64,000 nucleotides of DNA, taken from positions 186,001-250,000 of the IMG/VR virus record IMGVR_UViG_3300034073_005389. One strand, 5' to 3'. The translations under genes and the position numbers were made by a program. This document shows, piece after piece, positions 46,653-55,792 of the stretch. Numbering within the stretch: position 1 is the first letter of the stretch; every line of letters starts with the position of its first letter. A model generated the notes under the pieces. It searched no databases and was not told the origin of the DNA. It saw only the letters and a program-made list of their open reading frames with translations.

Positions 46653-46680
46653 CCCTCTGCTATTTTAAAATAGCAGGGGG
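46653..46680. terminator. probable terminator hairpin
   Basis: 20-bp perfect palindrome ctgctattttaaaatagcag flanked by ccct/gggg, downstream of the VWA gene; U-tract weak. Confidence 0.5.
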
Positions 46681-46827
46681 TTATTGTTAAAATTTACTGA
46701 ATGATAAATTTTAATGATTATGAATAGTCATCTTTTGATAAATGAAAAAACAAACTAACTTGCAAAACTATGTATACATATACCCATTGAAAAAATGTCA
46801 TAATTTAATTATGAAAAATTCATATAT

Positions 46828-48489
46828 TTATCCTCTAAGTGAAAAGACTCTGCCAAAGGGGGCGACGAAATCTAATCCAGAGGTAATTAGCCAAATAGTA
46901 TCTACTCCTGGGTTTTTCATTTCTACTAAATCTGATTCTAGTAGATATCCATCAGTAATAATAATCAAAAAGTCACATCTGCCGATATTAGTTTCATAGT
47001 TACTGAAAAACTCAGCATATCTTGTTCCTCCTCTACCTAATATTTTTACTTTAGATAAGTTTTCCACATCACATTTTTTGATTTTAGTGGCTTTATCCCA
47101 ATAAATATTGCTATCAGCGGGAACAATTGTGCCCTCAGATCTTTCATCTAAAGACGCTAATTGTGATAGTCCAAAAGCAATATCGTCTTTACTCATAGAG
47201 CCTGACGTATCTAACAAGCATCCAAAATGAGCATAATAGTTTTTACGCTTTGGAACTAATAGTCCAGAAAACATAGGTCTGGTTTTAAACTTAGTCCAGT
47301 CATTTTTTCCATTACCGCTACGTGCTTTAAGAATTCTTGTCCTAATGATATCTTGCCAAGTAACTTTAGGTGCAGTAAGCATTCCTAACTCATCTTCTAG
47401 TCCAGCTGGTACAACTCCTGCCATTTTTTTAGCAGCTTCCATAGCGTCAGAAATGCGCTTTGCCAGCTTTTCTTCCGACTCTTCTGTATCCATGTGCTCA
47501 TCTACAGTGCCACCCAATCCAAACACATCTACTCCTCCACCACAATGACCACATCCTTCTCCAGATTTATGGTTATTGCAATTACATGGCTTACCATCTC
47601 CGTGGTCATGTGATGAATTTTGATCACCTTGAGCTTGCTGATCATCTTGAGCTTGCTGATCATCTTGATTTTGCTGATCTGACTGATCAGGATTGTCTTT
47701 GCCAGATGACTTTTGGTCAGATTTGTTTTTATCTGATTTGTTTTTAGGATCGTAAACGCCTACTCTACCACACTCTGGGCATTTTGGCAATAAGCTATAC
47801 AAATAATCATAAATTTTCTCAGGTCTTTTCATATCTTCTTCCAAATCAGGATCTGCAAAGAAGAATGTAGCCTTTTTTTCACGACGCTCTAACTCTTGTT
47901 GTTCTTCTGGAGTTAGCTCTCGATCTTCATTTGGAGCAGGCAAAGAAACATTGCTTGGTTTATCTGCCGGATCTAAGTCTTCAAATCCTTTAATTTTTGC
48001 AAAAGGATTTTTAATCAATTCAGCATACTCAGACAATGTCATGAATCTGCCAAGATGATCTTTAAAATGCTTTTTAGCATCCATATTGCGCGCTTTAAAA
48101 TCATCCATAACAGTGCCATTTACAATATAATCTACGGCAATGTTCCAAAGTTTGGGCAACCTTGAACCACGACGCTGGGGATGCATATATAAAGCATGCC
48201 AAGCTTCATGACCACAAATAATTCTTAGACCAATTTTAGTTTGCTTTAACACAAACTTAGGATTCCAATAGAATCTTTTACCATCAGTAGCTGCTGTTGG
48301 AATACTAAGAGTACAAATATGTTCTACAGGATAGAGCAAGGAGAAAATCAAAGGATCTCCTCCCATTCCGGTTCCCACATGACGATTATCGTACTTTACT
48401 CCTAAGTCTAGGAAAACTTGCGAAAGTTTCTCCTCTGCTTGCATTACTAAACTAGGGCTAATTGTTCCCATTACTTTGGTAAATTTCAT
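46828..48489 (-). CDS. DUF2201-like metallopeptidase plus VWA domain protein (MoxR partner)
   Basis: PTAATDG, HEAWH (HExxH), WNIAVDY.VN, LDTSGSMS MIDAS, GRGGT, IITDG. Confidence 0.88.
   Translation of the reverse strand: MKFTKVMGTISPSLVMQAEEKLSQVFLDLGVKYDNRHVGTGMGGDPLIFSLLYPVEHICTLSIPTAATDGKRFYWNPKFVLKQTKIGLRIICGHEAWHALYMHPQRRGSRLPKLWNIAVDYIVNGTVMDDFKARNMDAKKHFKDHLGRFMTLSEYAELIKNPFAKIKGFEDLDPADKPSNVSLPAPNEDRELTPEEQQELERREKKATFFFADPDLEEDMKRPEKIYDYLYSLLPKCPECGRVGVYDPKNKSDKNKSDQKSSGKDNPDQSDQQNQDDQQAQDDQQAQGDQNSSHDHGDGKPCNCNNHKSGEGCGHCGGGVDVFGLGGTVDEHMDTEESEEKLAKRISDAMEAAKKMAGVVPAGLEDELGMLTAPKVTWQDIIRTRILKARSGNGKNDWTKFKTRPMFSGLLVPKRKNYYAHFGCLLDTSGSMSKDDIAFGLSQLASLDERSEGTIVPADSNIYWDKATKIKKCDVENLSKVKILGRGGTRYAEFFSNYETNIGRCDFLIIITDGYLLESDLVEMKNPGVDTIWLITSGLDFVAPFGRVFSLRG
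47621..47679. repeat. 18-bp tandem repeat x3.3 (QDDQQA linker)
   Basis: tgatcaccttgagcttgc tgatcatcttgagcttgc tgatcatcttgattttgc tgatc. Confidence 0.85.
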
Positions 48490-48511
48490 TTAATTCTCCG
48501 AAATTTATATA

Positions 48512-49639
48512 TCACTTACCAACAACTTGCTCTTTGATTTTATTAAGAAGAGGCTCCCATTCTGGTTGCTCATCCAAATCAAACCTAATAATACGATCTA
48601 GCTGAATCTGGCTGCGTACCGCTACCAATACCGTTTCATAAGAAACTTTTTGTAAGAAGTTTCCTACGTGCTTGACAGACGCTGGAACCTTACCTTCTTT
48701 AGAATTATCAAGCTGTGTAGCAAGTCTGGCACAAGTAATCATACATGCCACTAGTTTCTTGGTAGGCTCTAATGCATTATATTTAGAGGTCACATCTTTG
48801 CCATCAAACACTTCTTCAATCATAGGAAGAAGCTGTTGATAATGCTCATAGTAATTGCTATACTTGATGCCAGCATCTTTACCAATACAGCCACATACTT
48901 TGCGGTTAAGTAGTCCGTAATTCCAGTTAAGAGACTCGCCTTTGTACAAAATCTCAGACGCACGCGCCCACCCACGTGGGGATGGATCGGCATATCGATC
49001 TTCTGGATCAACTGCACCAAACAAATCTTTTGGATGGTCTTGAATATAAGCAGTGATAGAGGGATGAATATGACCTGTTTTACCAGCCCATTCTAGCCAA
49101 GAAGAAGCATCAGCCTCTACTAGATACTTTTCAGCACGGTCTAGTAGTGGTAAGCTGGGACGAGCACCACCTTCTGAAATCAAGTTGCCAGTCATGATAA
49201 TAGCTTTGAGATTAGGCAATTGTCTACCGTTAATAGACTTGAATTGAGTAAACTCAAGAAGCGGAGCCCAAAGGCTTGGATCAGCTTTATCTACTTCGTC
49301 GAGTAGAGCAACAACGCCTTTCTTTCCTTCAAGCATTGGTTCATAAAATTGAGGAAGAAGAAAATCTACAAACTTTTGTTTTTGAGAGGCTGCCATGATA
49401 TTTGGATAGCCGCCCATATCAACTCTTTCTAGAACTGAAAGATTGATGTATACTTCATGCATTCCGGCTTTCTTAATTTCTTGCTTAGAAATCTCAGTCT
49501 TACCACTGCCTCGACGACCAAAAATAGCTACGTTGCTGCCAACTTGAATTGAAGCAGCGATATGCTCCGATAAATCTTTTGTATTTAGTTTCTCAAGATT
49601 AAAATCAGAAGTCGCCATTGTGTGCTGTTGTGTTGCCAT
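48512..49639 (-). CDS. MoxR-like AAA+ ATPase
   Basis: GRRGSGKT, LLDEVDKA, MTGN, LLDR, SPRGW. Confidence 0.88.
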   Translation of the reverse strand: MATQQHTMATSDFNLEKLNTKDLSEHIAASIQVGSNVAIFGRRGSGKTEISKQEIKKAGMHEVYINLSVLERVDMGGYPNIMAASQKQKFVDFLLPQFYEPMLEGKKGVVALLDEVDKADPSLWAPLLEFTQFKSINGRQLPNLKAIIMTGNLISEGGARPSLPLLDRAEKYLVEADASSWLEWAGKTGHIHPSITAYIQDHPKDLFGAVDPEDRYADPSPRGWARASEILYKGESLNWNYGLLNRKVCGCIGKDAGIKYSNYYEHYQQLLPMIEEVFDGKDVTSKYNALEPTKKLVACMITCARLATQLDNSKEGKVPASVKHVGNFLQKVSYETVLVAVRSQIQLDRIIRFDLDEQPEWEPLLNKIKEQVVGK

Positions 49640-49677
49640 TTTATCTATCTTACTCCATGTAGGGGGTTGATGCGCCT

Positions 49678-49705
49678 AATATCATTCTTATAAATTGGGT
49701 GTCAA
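49678..49705 (-). promoter_or_regulatory. sigma70-like promoter TTGACA-N16-GATATT
   Basis: Perfect -35, weaker -10, upstream of the MoxR gene. Confidence 0.6.
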
Positions 49706-49728
49706 GAGGGAGACAATTTTAAAAATTG

Positions 49729-50085
49729 TCACGAAAATAATAAATAAGTGCTCAGCCTGTCGGCTAGCTCCTTCTTATTTTTAAAATTAATTTCAAATTC
49801 TGGGATCCAAACACGAGTTGGATCCAACTCGTCATTGCTTATTTTTTGTAATCCAAAAGACTGAACTTCTAATAAGTGCAAAATTTGCACGTTTTGGCAA
49901 GTAAAAACTATACTAAATAATTCTTCATTGACAAAAATGAATTCAAATTTTTCATTGCAACTTTGGCAAACATAATTTTCTGTTACAGTATTATTGTTGC
50001 CCCAAGAGGCGATATCTACATAAGAATTACAATACAAACAACTAGGATTGGTAAAATCAAAAATATTATAAATATTTTTTATCAT
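49729..50085 (-). CDS. Zn-ribbon paralog family member 2 (short)
   Basis: CLYC, CQSC, IPEFEINFKNKKELADRLSTYLLFS. Confidence 0.6.
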   Translation of the reverse strand: MIKNIYNIFDFTNPSCLYCNSYVDIASWGNNNTVTENYVCQSCNEKFEFIFVNEELFSIVFTCQNVQILHLLEVQSFGLQKISNDELDPTRVWIPEFEINFKNKKELADRLSTYLLFS

Positions 50086-50399
50086 TAATTGATTAATTGG
50101 TGCAAGTCTTCAGGATCTTCTTCAAGAACTAAGGTGTTGTTTTTATATTTTTCTAAAATAGAAGCATGTACCTCCCAAGGGTCATTTCTATATGATAATT
50201 TACCGGCAGTCCATTGAATTCTAAGAATTAATGATTGTGGACAATTTAAATCTTCTAGCGCAGAACACAAAAACAATCCAGCCCTACACACTTCGCGTAT
50301 TGTAGGGTTTTTCTTGATAAGATCGTCAATATACGGATCGTTATCAATATTATGATCATATTCAGAAAGTTGTTCAAAAGTAACATACTTGTTATACAT
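50085..50399 (-). CDS. hypothetical protein
   Basis: 104-aa ORF. Confidence 0.55.
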   Translation of the reverse strand: MYNKYVTFEQLSEYDHNIDNDPYIDDLIKKNPTIREVCRAGLFLCSALEDLNCPQSLILRIQWTAGKLSYRNDPWEVHASILEKYKNNTLVLEEDPEDLHQLIN

Positions 50400-50456
50400 A
50401 ATTCACCTTTTATAAAAATCTATTAAAAATAACGTATTAAAATATACGGAGTATAT

Positions 50457-50822
50457 ATGTCAAAAAATATTGATGATATCTTATTATTAACTGACACTTT
50501 TATTTCACAGGCTGAAAAAGAATTATTCAAGACAGCCAAGAAAGTTAAAAAAGAATCAGATCCTGAAGCAGGAGTCAGAAATCGTGGTAAATGCGTATTT
50601 CCTGCTGAGCATCCCAAAGTAAAGGATGATGAAGATCATTTTCCAATTAATACTGCCGCTCAAGCTCGGAATGCTTTAGCTAGAGTTAACCAAGTCAGCA
50701 AAGCACCTTCTTGGTTTAAAGGTACTGTTCAAGAAATGGTCAATGCTGTAGTTAGAGCAGTTAAAAAAGAATATCCTAGCATAGAAGTATCAAAACAAGC
50801 TAAGAAGCCTGGCAAAGATTGA
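50457..50822 (+). CDS. small basic hypothetical protein (DUF6582-like DHFPI...ARNALARV segment)
   Basis: KDDEDHFPINTAAQARNALARVNQ; GGAG SD. Confidence 0.6.
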   Translation: MSKNIDDILLLTDTFISQAEKELFKTAKKVKKESDPEAGVRNRGKCVFPAEHPKVKDDEDHFPINTAAQARNALARVNQVSKAPSWFKGTVQEMVNAVVRAVKKEYPSIEVSKQAKKPGKD

Positions 50823-50831
50823 AACTATGCT

Positions 50832-51047
50832 TTACTCAAGCATAGTTTTGACTAAAACTCCATCTATATTAGATGGTATTGCATTTCTTACAGAATCATC
50901 CAGTCTTTTTACTGAAATGCCCACATAATATCTGTCATTATCTAAATAAACTCCACTAGTAGCATACCAAGAATAATTCGCTACTTTATTTTTTAGTTTT
51001 ACACGAGCTTGATTTGCGTCTTTGAAAGTAGTCATATTTCTCCTCAT
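50832..51047 (-). CDS. hypothetical protein
   Basis: 71-aa ORF, GAGGAG SD region. Confidence 0.55.
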   Translation of the reverse strand: MRRNMTTFKDANQARVKLKNKVANYSWYATSGVYLDNDRYYVGISVKRLDDSVRNAIPSNIDGVLVKTMLE

Positions 51048-51667
51048 TTAAGTAATAATATTGTGTTAATTTTATTAAGGATTTTTTGTTGATTAGAAAA
51101 ATCAAGATCTAATAAAGGAATAGTTATTTCTCTAGATCTTTTTTTAACCACTCTTTTCATCATTTCTACATTAGAAGCATACATCTTATTTTCTAAATGA
51201 TCTGCCACCAGACAATAACATTGTGTATTATTTTTTTCAATGAAAAAAGTTTCTCTTTCAATACCAATATTAGAAATAGTTAAGTATTCTTCTTTAGAGA
51301 TGCTTAAATCTAAGGTATTAGCACATGAGCCACACTGATCGCAATCTGCGTATAAATAAAAATATAAATTTAAATAATCACTACTAGGCAATGAGCTAGT
51401 TTGCTTTATCTCAGCTGAGGTGCTATTAAATCCAAATTTATTTGTATTACAATCAATAAGCCAAGTAGAATGATAAATTACTCCCTCAATATGTGATTGA
51501 AACTTAATCTCAAGCACATTTTTCTTTTTAAAGAAAGAAGAAGAATATAAATGAATCTGGAAATTTTCATCCAAAGAAACTGTTAAATCAATAGATCTAT
51601 TAGTGTCGCAAATTTGACATTTTGATAAATAATCCCATAATTTATTAATTGTTTCAAAATTTTTCAT
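51044..51667 (-). CDS. Zn-ribbon paralog family member 3
   Basis: Y..CQIC, CDQC, IPLLDLDFSN..KILNKINTILLLK. Confidence 0.65.
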   Translation of the reverse strand: MKNFETINKLWDYLSKCQICDTNRSIDLTVSLDENFQIHLYSSSFFKKKNVLEIKFQSHIEGVIYHSTWLIDCNTNKFGFNSTSAEIKQTSSLPSSDYLNLYFYLYADCDQCGSCANTLDLSISKEEYLTISNIGIERETFFIEKNNTQCYCLVADHLENKMYASNVEMMKRVVKKRSREITIPLLDLDFSNQQKILNKINTILLLK

Positions 51668-51684
51668 ATCTACGACACCACTGT

Positions 51685-51712
51685 ACTTTATATTTTATAA
51701 AAAGACTGTCAA
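51685..51712 (-). promoter_or_regulatory. sigma70-like promoter TTGACA-N16-TAAAGT
   Basis: ttgaca gtctttttataaaata taaagt. Confidence 0.75.
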
Positions 51713-51737
51713 GAGCCTGATAATTTATAAAATTAAC

Positions 51738-52667
51738 TTAACTTAACTTAATATTAAAGTCTTTAACTGCTTTAAAAATTGCTAAGTTTTTCATCTTAAA
51801 CTCAAACTCTACATCAATTTCACCATTATTATTGCCATTTAATTGGCAATCTGGAATATAATGCACATAATCACTGTGTTTTCTGCGCTCTGTAAAAGAA
51901 CCATTTAACAAAGATGGATCTGTATTAGATAAATGAGTAATAGGCTTAACATCTCCCCAAGTTTTTTTAGCTAAAGCAAGCCCTTCATCCAGAGATAGAT
52001 TAGCATCATTAAAAGTATGATGATGTGAATCCCAGCAAATTGGGACGCCTGTTTCTTGGTATACCTGGTATAAATCTGTAACACTGTAACTTCTCTCATC
52101 ATTTTCTAATGTCAATCTATTTTTAGTAGAAGGACTTAACTTTTTGATACTATCAATTAATATTGAAGAATTTCCTTTGGCTCCTCCATGAATATTAATA
52201 GCATAATATGGAGTTATAGGCAATTCCATTTGATCAAAAATCCAAGCATGATAATCAAGCAATCGAAAAGAGGTATTAATTACATCTTGTTTATTAGATG
52301 ACAATACTACAAATTGGTCAGGATGAGACGTTAGTCTCATATTATTTTGCATGGCATATTTGCCAGTTTCTTTCAAAATATTTTTGACTGTTTGACAATT
52401 TCTTAGACTATCTGCAACAGAATCATACAATGGAAATAAATTGGAAGAAACTCGAAACAATTTAATTCCTTCTTGATTTACTCTTTTGATTATGTTAAAT
52501 AATCCAATAGCATTATTAATCCAGGTTTGTTCAATTTGCTTAGAAGAATATTTATTTTTTAGAAATTGACCATATTGTAAACCCGTTTCATCTACAATAT
52601 TAACAAACTCAGCCTGACCATTTCTTTTAAATTTAGATTCTAAATACTGACAGCAAAGTCCTAGCAT
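51738..52667 (-). CDS. uvsE: UV DNA damage endonuclease (UvsE/UvdE family)
   Basis: LGLCC, FRVSSNLFP, HPDQF, IHGG, LENDE, DSHHH, HSDY. Confidence 0.92.
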   Translation of the reverse strand: MLGLCCQYLESKFKRNGQAEFVNIVDETGLQYGQFLKNKYSSKQIEQTWINNAIGLFNIIKRVNQEGIKLFRVSSNLFPLYDSVADSLRNCQTVKNILKETGKYAMQNNMRLTSHPDQFVVLSSNKQDVINTSFRLLDYHAWIFDQMELPITPYYAINIHGGAKGNSSILIDSIKKLSPSTKNRLTLENDERSYSVTDLYQVYQETGVPICWDSHHHTFNDANLSLDEGLALAKKTWGDVKPITHLSNTDPSLLNGSFTERRKHSDYVHYIPDCQLNGNNNGEIDVEFEFKMKNLAIFKAVKDFNIKLS

Positions 52668-52675
52668 ATTTAATA

Positions 52676-52978
52676 TTATTCCTGTGAATATAGCCTGCTT
52701 AACAACTTATCTAGTATAAGGCTGGTTGCACCCCCTGCCAGTGCCCAGATAATAAATAAATTAAGGCTGTAATTTTTACAATATAATAAATAAATTATCC
52801 ACCCACAATGAGTGCCAACGCACATATAGCAAGAAAATAATTTATAAAAAAAGACTCCAACATATTGATTGCGCATTAAATAACTACGCATCTTTAACAT
52901 AAGATCAAATGGTCCATCGCTTTCTTTTATTAAGAAAGCCAAACCAAAAATAGACAATAAACAAACTAATATTTCCAT
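52676..52978 (-). CDS. DUF1360-like membrane protein
   Basis: GPF...R....L..C..C.G.H with flanking TM helices. Confidence 0.65.
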   Translation of the reverse strand: MEILVCLLSIFGLAFLIKESDGPFDLMLKMRSYLMRNQYVGVFFYKLFSCYMCVGTHCGWIIYLLYCKNYSLNLFIIWALAGGATSLILDKLLSRLYSQE

Positions 52979-52981
52979 AAT

Positions 52982-53821
52982 TTACCTTGGCACAATTAAT
53001 AATTCTTTACAACTTTTCCACTCTTCATTATTTGAATTAATTGAATATTTGGCATCTATTTCAACTAGATTTGCCCAAGCATATAAGTCTCTTATTTCTT
53101 TACAGTTATCATAAGATAACACCCAAGATTGTTTGTTCTGTAACATACTTGCTAATTGCTGATGCTCTGACTCTACCATATAAGTATTGTACAATTGGTC
53201 TGCCTTATACCAATAAGGAGGGTCACAATATAATACTAAATCTGGTAGATTTGCCATTAATAGACTAATATCTTGATTAAGAACAGTTGTTCTATTCTTT
53301 AATAGATTTCTTACATCAATTAATTGTGATAGTAATTTTTTACTATTGTATCTACAATTAACTTTGTATTTAGAATTTTGATCTTTACCACCAATAGGAT
53401 TAGAAGTAAAAGTTTTGTTATTTTTAATTCGAGTAATATTAATTCCTGAAAAACAACATCTATTAAAAAATATTGCCTGATAAGCAGACTCTACAATATT
53501 TGTAGGACTTGTGTCTCTTAGTTGGTAAAAATATTCAATAGTGGGCTCGATTTTAATAAGTTTAAGTAAATCATTAAAATCAGTATCTGAATCAGATGCT
53601 AATAGTTTCCAAATACAATAAATACCATAATCTTTATCATTAATAAATAATTGATGATTTGGATATTGCTTCGCAACTTCAATTAAAACTGATCCACCAC
53701 CTACAAAAGCATCGCAAAAAATATTTTTTGTATTTAATAAAGGGGATAAATATTTCATAATCACTGGAAGCAATTTTCTTTTGCCTCCAGGATATCTAAG
53801 AAATGATGTTAAATTTGCCAT
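52982..53821 (-). CDS. D12-class DNA N6-adenine methyltransferase (Dam-like)
   Basis: FLRYPGGKRK, DAFVGGGSV, INDKD, YCDPPY, WVLSYD. Confidence 0.92.
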   Translation of the reverse strand: MANLTSFLRYPGGKRKLLPVIMKYLSPLLNTKNIFCDAFVGGGSVLIEVAKQYPNHQLFINDKDYGIYCIWKLLASDSDTDFNDLLKLIKIEPTIEYFYQLRDTSPTNIVESAYQAIFFNRCCFSGINITRIKNNKTFTSNPIGGKDQNSKYKVNCRYNSKKLLSQLIDVRNLLKNRTTVLNQDISLLMANLPDLVLYCDPPYWYKADQLYNTYMVESEHQQLASMLQNKQSWVLSYDNCKEIRDLYAWANLVEIDAKYSINSNNEEWKSCKELLIVPR

Positions 53822-54387
53822 AATTGATCTGAATATTTCTCTAAATCTGATAGATATACTGCTACTTTGTTATTTCTTAACTGATGTATTTTCATTTCTT
53901 TAAATAATTTGTTATCATGTAGCCATTGAATTTTAACAATGGCTCGAATTGTTCCATGCCTTTTAGGCACATTTAATGAATTAAATACAACATAATAATT
54001 AGGATCTATCTCTTTAAACACAGCAGTGTCGCAATCATATTTACCATTACCTATTTGAAATACCCAAGAATCTCCATAAGCAATAGCAGAATCAATATCT
54101 TGGGACTTAACCGCTATTTTGATACCAGATGGTTCGTGCATGTCAGATGCCCAAGACTTGTTTTTTTTATCATAGATATTGTAATCAGGAGAAACTAAAT
54201 TAGGTAATTTGTCTAATAATACTTGGTAAGTCCCTTCTTCGCCAATCTTACCATTTCTAATATCTTTAGTGATTTTCTCAACGTCAAATTGATTCCTTCT
54301 AGCATATTTATCAATGCTAGTTCCAACAGAATCTTCTGCAAATTTTTGACATTTTTTATACATTTCTTCTGTAATAAGATACTTCAT
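53809..54387 (-). CDS. putative PD-(D/E)XK nuclease-fold protein
   Basis: GKIGEEG..PD....D.....IAVKSQ...SWVFQ arrangement. Confidence 0.45.
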   Translation of the reverse strand: MKYLITEEMYKKCQKFAEDSVGTSIDKYARRNQFDVEKITKDIRNGKIGEEGTYQVLLDKLPNLVSPDYNIYDKKNKSWASDMHEPSGIKIAVKSQDIDSAIAYGDSWVFQIGNGKYDCDTAVFKEIDPNYYVVFNSLNVPKRHGTIRAIVKIQWLHDNKLFKEMKIHQLRNNKVAVYLSDLEKYSDQLWQI

Positions 54388-54415
54388 AGTAATAGCTATA
54401 TATCTGGCTCATATT

Positions 54416-54961
54416 TTATATAAATAAAACCATTTTTTCAACTTTGGTAAGCGTTTCTTTTATGTTTTTAAAGTTTAAATTTATTAATGGCAATTTTTCC
54501 ACTAACATAGCTGAAGAAAATACATCAACACTATATTCAGTATGATCTCTATCATAGAGATTGTTTATAACACACAATTTTTCATTATCATTTTCAATAG
54601 AAAATTGCTCAGCACATAAAGAAATATTTTTTAATTTGTTATTTTTTAAGTCAAAATAACATAAAATGCTGTAACTAAATAAGCAATCTTTTTTTATGTT
54701 TGCACATTCTGGCTTAATAATACAAAACGATTGATCATAGGAAATTCCTAAATTATTTTTAATAATAAAATCTATAAAATCATTGTCCTTATTAATAAGG
54801 ACTAAATCATCATCAATTAATTCATAACACAAATGATTATGTGATTGGTAATCAAAATAAACGGTGTGATGCTTATCATCATAAATTTCTAATTCAGAAA
54901 AGCATACCGGGCATTTAGGATGATATTGCAGTGCCTCTGCTAGTGAATTAAAAGTTTTCAT
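54416..54961 (-). CDS. Zn-ribbon paralog family member 4
   Basis: Start trimmed to MKTFNS (54961); Y..CPVC, LPLINLNFKN...KVEKMVLFI. Confidence 0.65.
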   Translation of the reverse strand: MKTFNSLAEALQYHPKCPVCFSELEIYDDKHHTVYFDYQSHNHLCYELIDDDLVLINKDNDFIDFIIKNNLGISYDQSFCIIKPECANIKKDCLFSYSILCYFDLKNNKLKNISLCAEQFSIENDNEKLCVINNLYDRDHTEYSVDVFSSAMLVEKLPLINLNFKNIKETLTKVEKMVLFI

Positions 54962-54965
54962 AGCC

Positions 54966-55775
54966 TTAAATATAAATCCATTGAGATTTGATCTTTCCAA
55001 TCTCTGCCCGACCCACTTGACAATGAATATTTCTAGAAATCCTAATAAACTCTGGATGATGTGTATGACCTGAAAGAACTATTACATTCCTTTTCTTCCT
55101 AGTTTCCATAATCTGCTCAATTGCTTTACCCAAACGTATATTAGTATTATATGGCAACCAAAAATCTTTCAATAAAGATGACTCATCTCTGGTAGCTTCC
55201 TTCCAAGGTGGCATGTGAGTTAAAATATAAATTGTCTTGTAATCTAACTCTAATGCTTGCTCTAATTTTTCAGAAATTAACTTAGTGCTTTTATCTGCCA
55301 AATATCGAAATGCCTCAATCTTAGCATCAAAATAAGGCAATTTACGAAAATCACCAATTAAAACTTGATCTAAACTATATTTAAGATACTTCGCTTCACC
55401 AATTTCTGCATCATACCACCCGTCTGCCCCAATTACTGCTACCTCTTCATTTAACCCAACAATATCAGATTCAGTAACCCAAACTAAATTTGGATACTCT
55501 CTACATACATTACGAATATCTTCTAATCTTTTGTCAAAAGAACCAAACCAAACATCATGGTTTCCTAGTACAAAATAAATAGGACAAGTAACAGCTTTCG
55601 CTAACATCTTTAAATGATAGCAAGTTAGAATGCCATTAGAAATATCTCCTGTTAAAAAGATTCCTGCAGGTTTTTCTAATTTTAATGTCTTTAAAAAAGA
55701 CAATAGCGCCCAAGGAGACGCTACATCTAAATGCGTATCAGTAAACCAAAGATATTTTTTCGGATCCTCGGACAT
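54966..55775 (-). CDS. calcineurin-like metallophosphoesterase (intact)
   Basis: TDTH, TGDIS, GNHD, THMPP, SGHTH. Confidence 0.92.
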   Translation of the reverse strand: MSEDPKKYLWFTDTHLDVASPWALLSFLKTLKLEKPAGIFLTGDISNGILTCYHLKMLAKAVTCPIYFVLGNHDVWFGSFDKRLEDIRNVCREYPNLVWVTESDIVGLNEEVAVIGADGWYDAEIGEAKYLKYSLDQVLIGDFRKLPYFDAKIEAFRYLADKSTKLISEKLEQALELDYKTIYILTHMPPWKEATRDESSLLKDFWLPYNTNIRLGKAIEQIMETRKKRNVIVLSGHTHHPEFIRISRNIHCQVGRAEIGKIKSQWIYI

Positions 55776-55792
55776 AACTATATACCATATTA

